Positions 28,367 through 37,413 of a DNA stretch of 64,000 bases are shown piece after piece. The position numbers were made by a program, and so were the translations under genes. The first letter of the stretch is position 1; every line of letters starts with the position of its first letter. The DNA is from Auritidibacter sp. Marseille-P8566 (GTDB taxonomy: Bacteria; Actinomycetota; Actinomycetes; Actinomycetales; Microbacteriaceae): the NCBI GenBank assembly GCA_945895375.1, contig CAMDEE010000002.1:164265-228264 (forward strand), read 5' to 3'. Under the pieces are notes generated by a model. The model worked only from the letters and a program-made list of their open reading frames with translations, was not told the origin of the DNA and made no database searches.

Positions 28367-30031
28367 ATGACCCGTGAACCATCAAAGCTAGATCTGTTAG
28401 CTGAGGACTGGGTAAAAACCCTCGTTGATCTAAGCCCTGAATTTGCTACCTACGCAGGTTTCAAAGTTGGCGAAGACAGACTTGAGGACACCAGCCCAGA
28501 AGCTGCAGCGCACCACAACAAACTTGAAAAGGAAATGCTTGCCAAGGTTGAGGCAACTGAGATTCGCGACGAAGTGGACAGAGTTACCAAGCTGGCAATG
28601 ACTTCAACTCTGAAGCTAAGCGGAGAGATCTACGATTCAGGAATGGGTAATCGTGACCTAAACCCAATCGCATCTAACGCTCAGGGCATCAGAGATATCT
28701 TCGACCTCTCTCCAACTGCAACAGAAGAGAACTGGTCAAACATCTCTAAGCGTATGCAGGCCGTTGATGGAGCTGTTGAGGGTTACATCCAAACTCTTCG
28801 TAAGGGTATTGAAGCTAAAGACACCCCTGCTACTCGTCAGGTTGTTTTAGCTATCACTCAGGCAGAACAGATTCTTACAAGCGATGGTTTCTTCAGAAAG
28901 TTTGCCAAGAACGCTAAGCCTGAAAGCGGCGATCTGCCAGCTTCCCTAAAAGCGGAACTTGAATCATCTGCTGAGGTAGCAACAGCAGGTTATGCAAAGC
29001 TAATTGACTTCTTCAAGAATGAACTACTTCCTGCAGGTAACACTGAAGATGCGATTGGTCGTGAGCGTTACCAGTTGCTAAGTGCAAGATTCCTAGGTAA
29101 GCGAGTAGACCTTGATGAAACCTACGAGTGGGGTAAAGAAGAACTTGCTCGAGTAATTGCAGAACAGAACGCAGTTGCTAACGAAATCAAGCCAGGTGCA
29201 ACCGTTAAGGAAGCAATCGAAGTTCTTGACAACGATCCTTCAAGAAAACTTCACGGCACCGAAGAACTGCAGCGCTGGATGCAAAAGCTAAGTGATGCTG
29301 CAATCGCAAAACTAAGTGGCACACACTTTGATATTGCAGAGCCGCTAAAGAAGCTAGAGTGCATGATTGCTCCTACCCAACACGGTGGTATTTACTACAC
29401 CTCCCCTACCGATGACTTCTCAAGACCAGGAAGAATGTGGTGGTCGGTACCAGTTGGTGTAACCGAGTTCAACACTTGGCGTGAAACCACCACTGTTTAC
29501 CACGAAGGTGTGCCAGGTCACCACCTGCAGATCGGTCAGAAGGTATTCAACAAAGCTGAACTGAACTCATGGCGTCGACTAGCATCATGGTCTTCAGGCC
29601 ACGGTGAAGGTTGGGCTCTATACGCTGAGCGTCTAATGCAGGAACTTGGCTTCCTAGATGATCCAGGTGACCGCCTAGGAATGCTAGATGGTCAGCGGAT
29701 GCGTGCAGCTCGTGTTGTTCTAGATATTGGTGTTCACCTAGGCAAGCCAAAGCTAGATGGCACTGGCAAGTGGGACTTTGACTACGCACTTGATTTCATG
29801 AGCCAGAACGTAAACATGAGCCCACAGTTCATTAACTTTGAAGTTCACCGTTACTTTGGCTGGCCAGGACAGGCCCCTTCATACAAGATCGGGCAGAGAA
29901 TATGGGAGAACATCCGTGATGAATACAAGGCTCGCGAGGGTGCTAACTTCAACATCAAGGACTTCCACATGAAAGCTTTGAACCTAGGAAGCATTGGATT
30001 AGATACACTAGAAACAGCGTTGCTGGGATAG
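28367..30031 (+). CDS. DUF885 family protein (metallopeptidase-like fold)
   Basis: 554 aa. HEGVPGHHLQ and GEGWALYAE motifs typical of DUF885. GAAAGG SD. Confidence 0.75.
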   Translation: MTREPSKLDLLAEDWVKTLVDLSPEFATYAGFKVGEDRLEDTSPEAAAHHNKLEKEMLAKVEATEIRDEVDRVTKLAMTSTLKLSGEIYDSGMGNRDLNPIASNAQGIRDIFDLSPTATEENWSNISKRMQAVDGAVEGYIQTLRKGIEAKDTPATRQVVLAITQAEQILTSDGFFRKFAKNAKPESGDLPASLKAELESSAEVATAGYAKLIDFFKNELLPAGNTEDAIGRERYQLLSARFLGKRVDLDETYEWGKEELARVIAEQNAVANEIKPGATVKEAIEVLDNDPSRKLHGTEELQRWMQKLSDAAIAKLSGTHFDIAEPLKKLECMIAPTQHGGIYYTSPTDDFSRPGRMWWSVPVGVTEFNTWRETTTVYHEGVPGHHLQIGQKVFNKAELNSWRRLASWSSGHGEGWALYAERLMQELGFLDDPGDRLGMLDGQRMRAARVVLDIGVHLGKPKLDGTGKWDFDYALDFMSQNVNMSPQFINFEVHRYFGWPGQAPSYKIGQRIWENIRDEYKAREGANFNIKDFHMKALNLGSIGLDTLETALLG

Positions 30032-30044
30032 CACACGACGGTCC

Positions 30045-30072
30045 GAAACCCCCTTCGAAAGAGGGGGGTTTC
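30045..30072 (+). terminator. hairpin downstream of the DUF885 gene
   Basis: GAAACCCCC-TTCGAAAGA-GGGGGTTTC: a 9-10 bp GC-rich stem 14 nt after the stop, followed by AACTTTT. Confidence 0.6.
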
Positions 30073-30204
30073 AACTTTTAACTTGTCCCCCAAAGTGGGG
30101 ACTTAAATCAAGGCTCGATTTCCACAATATTTATCCCAATGGAAATAGTTTTTCATTAGGTAAATGCAAGTAGATCTAAGGGGTCTAAGCATTTACCACC
30201 AGGG

Positions 30205-30243
30205 GACGGGCCTAGCTCTTCGAAAGATGAGTAAAGGCCCGTT
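30205..30243 (-). terminator. compound hairpin downstream of the 320-aa membrane protein gene
   Basis: GACGGGCC (30205-30212) pairs with GGCCCGTT (30236-30243), with a G-U pair at the 30205/30243 end. An inner stem CTCTTC-GAAA-GATGAG carries a GNRA loop. It lies 6 nt past the stop of the minus-strand gene. Confidence 0.4.
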
Positions 30244-30248
30244 GGGGT

Positions 30249-31211
30249 TTAAAGCCGAAGTGAAAGAACTGGTTCAGCTTGCCCAGGAGTAGTTGCAACA
30301 ACAGTTAACTTAAATTCATCGGCCTTAGGACTTCTAATCGTTACTCGACCTTGAGTGACAATCTGAAGAGCTGTGACTGCTTTATTGAGTAACTCATTTC
30401 GCTCTGCCGAAGAAAGTGACTCTGTTCCACCCTCATCAAGAATCAGAACTTCAACACCTAAATTACGAAGGCGTTGAACTTCGTTAGTCATAGCTAGGTT
30501 TAGTAGGTCTCTGCCACGAAGGTTATCTCTAAGAGTTGCTTCAACCAACTTTGCTGACTGCCTTAGGTCATCACTTAGTGGAGATTGCATGTCTTTGATT
30601 ACAGAGAGCAGCGGAACCGCCGTTCCTAGAACCTGAGATAAACGCTGCTGTCTTTCTAAAGACGCCGCTTCAAGTTCGGCAATCTTAGATCTAGATTCAA
30701 CTTCTTTAGCTTTGAACTTAGCCATCTCTCTAGTAGTTCTTGCAATACCCCTCGAAACTCCTAAGCCTGCCAGAACAAAAACTAGCGCTCCGGCTAAACC
30801 AGCGGTGGAAGCTGCCGCTGGACCGTACTCAACAATTAGAACTCCGAGTAGAAGTGCCAAACCAATAAGGGCGAATCGAGCCTGCTGCCTAACAGCTGTG
30901 GCAGTCAGAATCAAAGCAGTTCCCATAACTACCCAGGCACCAATGCTGTGATCATCAATCAGTTCTCGTTGGACGATAACAAGAGTTGGCAGGGCAAACC
31001 CTGCAACTAGGTTTATAGCTGCCTGCCAACGAGGCAGTTGCAATCCCCTGAAGAACAGCAGAGTTGCAGCAGCACAGTAAACATAAAGAAACAAGGCGGC
31101 AATCTCAAAGTATCGATTAGTAAAGCCAGGGACATTCATCGACTGAACAGGCAAATACAGCGCATATACAAAGGGAAGGATGGATGCGATAGCTCTGTTA
31201 ATGGAGATCAT
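30249..31211 (-). CDS. polytopic membrane protein with coiled-coil cytoplasmic tail; possible His-less kinase paralogue
   Basis: About 5-6 TM helices, then a charged coiled coil (KFKAKEVESRSKIAELEAASLERQQRL) and a ~130-aa tail with no H-box His, N-box or G2 box. ATGA overlap with the upstream kinase gene. Confidence 0.5.
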   Translation of the reverse strand: MISINRAIASILPFVYALYLPVQSMNVPGFTNRYFEIAALFLYVYCAAATLLFFRGLQLPRWQAAINLVAGFALPTLVIVQRELIDDHSIGAWVVMGTALILTATAVRQQARFALIGLALLLGVLIVEYGPAAASTAGLAGALVFVLAGLGVSRGIARTTREMAKFKAKEVESRSKIAELEAASLERQQRLSQVLGTAVPLLSVIKDMQSPLSDDLRQSAKLVEATLRDNLRGRDLLNLAMTNEVQRLRNLGVEVLILDEGGTESLSSAERNELLNKAVTALQIVTQGRVTIRSPKADEFKLTVVATTPGQAEPVLSLRL

Positions 31212-32380
31212 TTCTTACTCCATTCCAATACGACTGTTGTTCCTTTGCCAGGCTCACTCATTACGTGCGCAGATCCTCCAACGGATTCCATTCGACCGAT
31301 GATGGAGACCTTGATACCTAATCTGCCTCGGTTTACCTGGCTTACTCGAAAACCCTTACCGTCATCAAGAATTACAATCTTGATTCCCGACTTACTTGAT
31401 TTGAGGCTTAATTCTCTAGATGCATTAGTTCCGGCATGTGTAATCGAGTTATGAATGGCCTGAATGGTTGCTTCAGTCAGAGCGGAAACCGCTGCTGAGT
31501 CAACCGCGGTACTGGTCTGACAGTTCTTCTTAGCCTTGAGAATAGGGTCAATACGTTCAGCTGCCAAGATAATCGAATCAAATAGCTCACTGCAGAAAAC
31601 CTGCTCTTGAGCATAAGTTCCGCTTTGCACCTCAGAAAGTTTCTGCAAAGCCGAGGCTGCAAGAGCAGAGCTCGCCTTAGCCTCTTCCTCGTTCTTAGCC
31701 TGGGCAGCACTGATCAAAGCCGTCAATACAGTGTCGTGAATAAGTCCATCTAGGCGAAGCTTCTCTTTAGCCTTAGCTTCCGTTTCAGCCTGCAAAACTT
31801 CAGCTCTAATTGCTTCAGCATTTGCTTCGTCCGACTTGATAGCAGCATGTCTGATCATCAGAGCAATTACTGAAATAGAAGCGTTGGTCAAAAATGTATA
31901 CAAACCATCGGTTACTAGCGAGAGCGGTGGATGGGATCCACCCATAGGTTGAGAAAAGATGTACTGCATAATCCCAATAAGGCCTAGGTAGTACGCAAGT
32001 GCAAATCTCCAGCTAAAGCTAATGGCCGCGGCAACCCAGCCGGTGCCAAGTCCCCACCAAAGCCAAGGATAGAAAGTTCCGCCTTGGGGAACATCTGAGG
32101 TGAGTATGAAAGGCCAAGTCAATAGAAGTACAACCATGTATAGAGCATGGATCCGAAGATAAAGGTAGTTGGCTTTACCAAACCAGAAGGTGTACACCAC
32201 GGTGACTAATGTCCCCCACAGCCCTGCTGTTAGAAGCCAAGCAACCGGTTGGTTCAAGTATTGAAGTTGACTATAGAAGTTCAAACCACTTTCAATACTC
32301 AGAACTATCGATCCTAAGGCGAGGGTCCTGCCGAGTAATCGGTCAACACGAGCTCTAGCGATGGTAGTTGAAATGGCCAT
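31208..32380 (-). CDS. membrane sensor histidine kinase (HisKA_3-type DHp + HATPase_c)
   Basis: About 6 TM helices with almost no extracytoplasmic loop, a coiled coil, H-box LDGLIHDTVL (His215), N-box IHNSITHAG, G1 ILDDGKGF, G2 GRLGI. TAATG overlap with the RR gene. Confidence 0.8.
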   Translation of the reverse strand: MAISTTIARARVDRLLGRTLALGSIVLSIESGLNFYSQLQYLNQPVAWLLTAGLWGTLVTVVYTFWFGKANYLYLRIHALYMVVLLLTWPFILTSDVPQGGTFYPWLWWGLGTGWVAAAISFSWRFALAYYLGLIGIMQYIFSQPMGGSHPPLSLVTDGLYTFLTNASISVIALMIRHAAIKSDEANAEAIRAEVLQAETEAKAKEKLRLDGLIHDTVLTALISAAQAKNEEEAKASSALAASALQKLSEVQSGTYAQEQVFCSELFDSIILAAERIDPILKAKKNCQTSTAVDSAAVSALTEATIQAIHNSITHAGTNASRELSLKSSKSGIKIVILDDGKGFRVSQVNRGRLGIKVSIIGRMESVGGSAHVMSEPGKGTTVVLEWSKK

Positions 32381-33030
32381 TAGATTAGCTCTTCCCCGAA
32401 AAGGCCATCTTCAATAAGTCGGATCAAAAGTTCAGACTTTCCAGTGACAGGTCTTCCAACCTTGGAGTATTTATCTCTAGCTCTATCGATGTGTTCTTTG
32501 ACTGTGTATTTACTCAAGGAAAGTTCGTAAGCAACGCTCTTGAGCGTCATGCCAGATGCATACAGCTTCACTACTTGTAATTCACGTTCAGAAAGGTTCG
32601 CTCGAAACGAAACATCGTTATCTATCGCGGCAACAGTTTCAGTTGTGTTGATGGTAATTCCATTTGCACTTAGCCTGATGGCTTCGAAGAGGTAGCTCAT
32701 GTCCTGGCCTTTAGCAACAAGACCTTCAGCTCCTTCTCGAAGAGCTTCATTGACTTTATCTTTGTTATCAGCAATCGAATAAATCAAAACTTTTGTTCCA
32801 TACTCAACAAGCTTCTGCACATTGCTTGCTGGAGTTGACCCATCAGCCAGAGAGAGGTCTAAGACAACTACCTTAGGTGTTTCTTTCAGCTTAGAAAGAA
32901 GTGATTCAACTGAGTCAGCATGATCTAAAACTACGTAACCTGCTTCTTGAGCTCCTGCTTTAACGCCAAGCCTCACCGAATCGTGGTCATCCACGATTGC
33001 TATGGTGATTGGGTCTTGGCTTGAACTCAT
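32380..33030 (-). CDS. NarL/LuxR-family response regulator
   Basis: REC domain (IVDDHD, phosphoacceptor context VVVLDLSLADG, conserved Lys in LVAK) plus a LuxR HTH (LSERELQVVKLYASGMTLKSVAYELSLSKYTVKEHI). Confidence 0.88.
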   Translation of the reverse strand: MSSSQDPITIAIVDDHDSVRLGVKAGAQEAGYVVLDHADSVESLLSKLKETPKVVVLDLSLADGSTPASNVQKLVEYGTKVLIYSIADNKDKVNEALREGAEGLVAKGQDMSYLFEAIRLSANGITINTTETVAAIDNDVSFRANLSERELQVVKLYASGMTLKSVAYELSLSKYTVKEHIDRARDKYSKVGRPVTGKSELLIRLIEDGLFGEELI

Positions 33031-34253
33031 CGGACCAGGCTCACCACAGTCTCAAAGTGATGGGTGTGTGGGAAAAGGTCAAAGGCTTTGATGCTAGCGA
33101 TCTTGTATCCACCTTGAGTTAGTGGAGCTAAATCCCTAGCAACAGCAATCGGATCACAGGCAACATAAATCAGATGATCTGGCGAAAGAGTTAGAAGTCT
33201 TTCAATGACGTGCTTACCAGCTCCTGATCGAGGTGGGTCAATGATTACTGTGCTCTTTGGTTTGAGCGGACCGTGGGAAGCAAGTTCATCTAAGAATCTT
33301 TCAACAGGAGTGGCAACTGATTTCGCACCTTTGATATCAATCAGGTTCCTTCTGGCATCTTCGGCTGCACTCTTACTGGCTTCAACAGTTGTGATTTGAA
33401 TATCTAATCCATAGGCAGCAGCTAATGCACCACTGAATAAGCCAACACCACCATAGAGGTCATAGTTCTGAGCATTCTTATCAAAGCCCTCAGCTTTGGT
33501 CATAAGAACTATTTCTTTAGCCAGCATGTTTGCTGCTTCTTTATGAACTTGCCAGAAAGCACCAGCGGATAACCTAAAGGTTCGACCACCGGCACGCTCT
33601 AAGAACTTTTCTTCACCTTTGAGTTTCTTGTCAACTGTGTATTGGATCTGACCAGTACTAGAAGCTGCAATCTCAATCTTTGAGACATCCTGCCAATTCT
33701 TTAGATGCAAACCTAGTTCTTGAATTTCAGGAACTGCTAATGGCAAAGTCTTTACTCGAACTACTTCGTGTGTGCGTTCCTTGTATGGACCAACATCACC
33801 ATCTTCATTCACATGTAACTGAATACGAGTTCGATATCCCAGACCATTGTTTTCATCATCGCCAGGAGCAGCAATAACTAGAACTCTCATCTCTATTCCA
33901 GCAAAGCGCTGTAATGCTTCAGAAAGAACATCTGATTTCAATTCACGTTGACGAGAGAGTTTGATGTGCCCAAACTCAGCACCACCGGCTTGCTCCGCAT
34001 TTTTCCAGAAGTGCTTCACTCGATCTGGTGAAGCAACAAGAATCTCAGTTGGCTCAGCACGACAGAAAGAGCCGCCCTTATCTTCATAAACCTTTGCTTT
34101 AACTTTTTCCCCTGGCAACACGTGGGATACGAAAACAACCCTGCCCTCATGTCTGGCTACGAAGATGCCGCCATGGGCTACCTTCTCGATATCGAGCTCT
34201 AATATCTGGCCAAACCAGTTAGTTGATTTATTCACTACACAAGTGTTCCACAC
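33027..34253 (-). CDS. TRAM-domain class I SAM-dependent RNA (uracil-5-)-methyltransferase, TrmA/RlmD family
   Basis: N-terminal TRAM-like ELDIEKVAHGGIFVARHEGRVVFVSHVLPGEKVKAKV, SAM site DLYGGVGLF, IIDPPRSG, nucleophile context YVACDP, C-terminal FDLFPHTHHFE. GTG start at 34253; an alternative GTG is at 34235. Confidence 0.8.
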   Translation of the reverse strand: MWNTCVVNKSTNWFGQILELDIEKVAHGGIFVARHEGRVVFVSHVLPGEKVKAKVYEDKGGSFCRAEPTEILVASPDRVKHFWKNAEQAGGAEFGHIKLSRQRELKSDVLSEALQRFAGIEMRVLVIAAPGDDENNGLGYRTRIQLHVNEDGDVGPYKERTHEVVRVKTLPLAVPEIQELGLHLKNWQDVSKIEIAASSTGQIQYTVDKKLKGEEKFLERAGGRTFRLSAGAFWQVHKEAANMLAKEIVLMTKAEGFDKNAQNYDLYGGVGLFSGALAAAYGLDIQITTVEASKSAAEDARRNLIDIKGAKSVATPVERFLDELASHGPLKPKSTVIIDPPRSGAGKHVIERLLTLSPDHLIYVACDPIAVARDLAPLTQGGYKIASIKAFDLFPHTHHFETVVSLVR

Positions 34254-34262
34254 CTACTTAGG

Positions 34263-34268
34263 TAGTCT
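34263..34268 (+). promoter_or_regulatory. candidate -10 box TAGTCT for leaderless maf
   Basis: TAGTCT at -12..-7 of GTG 34275, no SD. Confidence 0.45.
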
Positions 34269-34274
34269 GGACCT

Positions 34275-34910
34275 GTGACCAAACTAGTTTTAGCTTCAAC
34301 CTCTCCAGCCCGCCTGCGACTTCTTCGTGATGGTGGAATCGAACCTATAACCATCTCCCCTGAAGTTGATGAAGAACTATTGACCCAGCAGGGTCTCGAA
34401 TCCGGTGAGATTACAAATACCCAAGACGTGGTTCTGCTTCTGGCTAGAGCCAAAGCCGAGGCCGTCGTAAATCACCCAGATGCCCAAGGTGCTCTAATCA
34501 TCGGCTGCGATAGCTCTCTAGATCTTGACGGCGAATCACTCGGCAAACCCCATGAGGCTGAGGTAGCCATTGAGCGCTGGAAAGCCATGCGAGGACGTTC
34601 AGGCAGACTATACACCGGTCATTGGCTCATTGATAACCGTGAGAAATGCCCTAATCCTGAGGCTGTTGGCAAGGCAACAAACACCACAGTTCACTTCGCA
34701 GACCTCTCAGATTCAGAGGTTTTGGCCTATGTGGGCACCGGAGAACCCCTCAAAGTAGCAGGTGCTTTCACCATAGATGGCCTTGGTGGAGCCTTTATTA
34801 GGGCTATTGAGGGTGATTCTCATACCGTTGTTGGCCTTAGTTTGCCTACCCTCAGGGAGCTTTGCATCAAGCTTGGGGTCGATTACCCGAGCCTTTGGAG
34901 CAGTAAATAG
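34275..34910 (+). CDS. maf: Maf-like nucleoside triphosphate pyrophosphatase
   Basis: LVLASTSPARLRLL N-terminus, GCDS, GKP, AGAFTIDG. Synteny with accE and accA3. Confidence 0.88.
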   Translation: MTKLVLASTSPARLRLLRDGGIEPITISPEVDEELLTQQGLESGEITNTQDVVLLLARAKAEAVVNHPDAQGALIIGCDSSLDLDGESLGKPHEAEVAIERWKAMRGRSGRLYTGHWLIDNREKCPNPEAVGKATNTTVHFADLSDSEVLAYVGTGEPLKVAGAFTIDGLGGAFIRAIEGDSHTVVGLSLPTLRELCIKLGVDYPSLWSSK

Positions 34911-34925
34911 GTAGGCTTAAGCCTT

Positions 34926-36698
34926 ATGACTGCCTCAAAATCAGCCAAGATAACCAAAGTCCTCATTGCTAACCGCGGTGAGATTGCCGTCCGTATCATC
35001 CGAGCCGCCAAAGATGCCGGAATAGCGACAGTTGCAATCTATGCTGACCAGGACAGAGATGCCATGCACAGCCGCATGGCCGATGAGTCTTATGCACTCA
35101 ATGGCACAACCAGTGCTGAAACATATCTTGTAATTGAGAAGATTCTTTCCATTGCCAAAAGATCAGGCGCTAACGCCATTCACCCGGGCTACGGCTTCCT
35201 AGCCGAGAACGCAAGCTTTGCTCAAGCAGTAATCGATGCAGGCATCATCTGGATTGGTCCATCACCTAAGGCAATCGATCAACTAGGTGACAAAGTATCT
35301 GCTCGTCACGTTGCTGAAAAGGTAGGCGCTCCCCTAGCCCCAGGAACACTAAACCCAGTAACCGGTGCAGAAGAAGTTCTTGAGTTCGTAGCCAAGCACG
35401 GACTACCAATTGCCATCAAAGCTGCCTACGGTGGCGGTGGCCGTGGAATCAAAGTTGTCCACAACAAAGAAGAAATCGCAGAGGCCTTTGACTCTGCTAC
35501 CCGTGAAGCAGTTGCAGCTTTTGGTCGAGGTGAATGCTTTGTTGAAAAGTATTTAGAGAAACCACGTCACGTTGAAACTCAATGTCTAGCAGATGCCTAT
35601 GGAAACGTAGTTGTTGTTTCAACTAGAGACTGTTCTCTGCAGAGAAGACACCAGAAACTAGTTGAAGAAGCACCTGCTCCTTTCCTTTCTGATGATCAGA
35701 TCAAGAGACTCTACGATTCCTCAAAAGCCATCTTGAAAGAGGTTGGTTACCAAGGAGCAGGAACCTGTGAGTTCCTAGTTGCTCAAGATGGAACTATCTC
35801 ATTCCTTGAAGTAAACACTCGTCTTCAAGTTGAGCACCCCGTATCTGAAGAAGTAACTGGCCTTGACCTAGTTCGCGAACAGTTCCGTATTGCTGAAGGC
35901 GGCAAGCTTGAATACGGAGATCCAGTAGTCACAGGTCACTCCTTCGAATTCAGAATCAACGGCGAAGATGCTGGTCGCAACTTTATGCCAGCACCAGGAT
36001 CTGTTCACACCTTCAAGGTTCCAGGTGGACCTGGTGTTCGTGTAGACACCGGAGTTGAATCAGGATCAGAGATCTCAGGTTCATTCGACTCAATGATTGC
36101 CAAGCTTATTGTTACCGGTGCCACCCGTGAAGAAGCACTAGAGAGATCTAGAAGAGCTCTAGCTGAAATGCATATCGAAGGTATGCCAACAGTTCTTCCA
36201 TTCCACCGCAAAATCGTGAACGACCCAGCATTCATTGGTTCTAAAGGCAAGTTTGGTATTTATACCCGTTGGATTGAAACCGAATGGAATAACGACATTG
36301 AGCCCTGGTCAGGAGTATCCCAATCTGGATCTCAAGCACCAGCTCGTAACAGCGTTGTTGTTGAGATTGATGGCAAGCGTATTGAAGTGAGCCTACCTAA
36401 GCAGCTATTCCTAAGCGGTGGCTCTAAGCCAGCTGCTCACGCACCGAAGCGCAAAGCTCACACAGATGTTCAGGTTGACTCAGGTAAGCACCTAGCGGCT
36501 CAGATGCAGGCAACCGTTGTCAAGATTGCAGTAGCAGAGGGCGAAAAGGTAGCCGCAGGTCAGCAGTTACTAGTTCTCGAAGCCATGAAGATGGAATCAC
36601 CTCAGAACGCAGTTAAAGACGTAGTCATTAAAAAGATCCACGTAGCAGTTGGTGCAACAGTTCCTGCTGGCACCATGCTTATTGAATTCGAAGAGTAG
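34926..36698 (+). CDS. bccA: acyl-CoA carboxylase alpha subunit (biotin carboxylase + BCCP)
   Basis: [16 protein letters not shown]-grasp [19 protein letters not shown], and the C-terminal biotinylation motif EAMKME. Confidence 0.93.
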   Translation: MTASKSAKITKVLIANRGEIAVRIIRAAKDAGIATVAIYADQDRDAMHSRMADESYALNGTTSAETYLVIEKILSIAKRSGANAIHPGYGFLAENASFAQAVIDAGIIWIGPSPKAIDQLGDKVSARHVAEKVGAPLAPGTLNPVTGAEEVLEFVAKHGLPIAIKAAYGGGGRGIKVVHNKEEIAEAFDSATREAVAAFGRGECFVEKYLEKPRHVETQCLADAYGNVVVVSTRDCSLQRRHQKLVEEAPAPFLSDDQIKRLYDSSKAILKEVGYQGAGTCEFLVAQDGTISFLEVNTRLQVEHPVSEEVTGLDLVREQFRIAEGGKLEYGDPVVTGHSFEFRINGEDAGRNFMPAPGSVHTFKVPGGPGVRVDTGVESGSEISGSFDSMIAKLIVTGATREEALERSRRALAEMHIEGMPTVLPFHRKIVNDPAFIGSKGKFGIYTRWIETEWNNDIEPWSGVSQSGSQAPARNSVVVEIDGKRIEVSLPKQLFLSGGSKPAAHAPKRKAHTDVQVDSGKHLAAQMQATVVKIAVAEGEKVAAGQQLLVLEAMKMESPQNAVKDVVIKKIHVAVGATVPAGTMLIEFEE

Positions 36699-36771
36699 CC
36701 TGCGCAAAGTCGACTCTTATATTTCTCAGATCGCCGCTCATGAAAAATAACCTAAGTGTTTAGATAGTCAC

Positions 36772-37278
36772 ATGAAACTCAGACCTCTGACTTTGGCAGA
36801 TGAAACACAAGCTCTGCAAGCACATTCAGAACTTGCAGCTGACAATTTCGAATTCCTTCTTGGCTACACAGATGGCATGGCATGGCCTGACTATCTTCAG
36901 ATTCTCGACAATCTACTTACTGGAACTAATTTGCCGGAAGATAAAGTCCCAGCAACATTTCTGATCGCTGAAAATAATGGTGAACTAGTTGGCCGAACCT
37001 CTATCCGACATGAGCTAAATGACTTCCTGTTTAGTGTTGGTGGCCACATCGGATATGGCGTAAGGCCGAACTATCGCAGACAGGGGTTCGCAACCGAAAT
37101 CTTAAAGCAGTCACTTACCTATATAAATCAACTCGGGATTACAGATGTTCTGGTTACTTGCCTTGATGACAACGTGGGCTCATTCGAAGTCATTCAGTCG
37201 CAGGGTGGAATTCTAGAAAACAAAGTTGAGTATGAAGGTGCTTTGTGGCGTAGATATTGGATTAAGAAGGTCTCTTAA
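36772..37278 (+). CDS. GNAT family N-acetyltransferase
   Basis: 168 aa. Acetyl-CoA motif A: VRPNYRRQGFATEILKQSL. Confidence 0.75.
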   Translation: MKLRPLTLADETQALQAHSELAADNFEFLLGYTDGMAWPDYLQILDNLLTGTNLPEDKVPATFLIAENNGELVGRTSIRHELNDFLFSVGGHIGYGVRPNYRRQGFATEILKQSLTYINQLGITDVLVTCLDDNVGSFEVIQSQGGILENKVEYEGALWRRYWIKKVS

Positions 37279-37401
37279 AGACGGCCCTTGTTTCAAGCCC
37301 TAATTAGCTTTAGAGAACCTGCACCTGCGCCAGTAATGACAAGATAGGGTCATATTTGTTGCAGATTGCTCCGCTCCTAAACGTGCCGAAGATTTGAAGA
37401 T

Positions 37402-37407
37402 TAGACT
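37402..37407 (+). promoter_or_regulatory. candidate -10 box TAGACT for leaderless punA
   Basis: TAGACT at -12..-7 of ATG 37414, no SD. Confidence 0.45.
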
Positions 37408-37413
37408 TGACCT

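Noticed and set aside
30249-31211. Apparent G1-box similarity (VLILDEGG vs the kinase's VILDDGKG) suggesting a residual ATPase domain in the 320-aa protein
   Set aside because: The segment lies about 60 aa after the pseudo-H-box, compared with about 125 aa in the kinase. The match is therefore not collinear and may be coincidental. Only the architecture and the weak H-box-region similarity are retained.
31038-31454. 138-aa plus-strand ORF spanning the kinase/accessory-gene junction
   Set aside because: It is antisense to two coupled genes with clear kinase motifs. It has no SD or promoter box and a low-complexity product.
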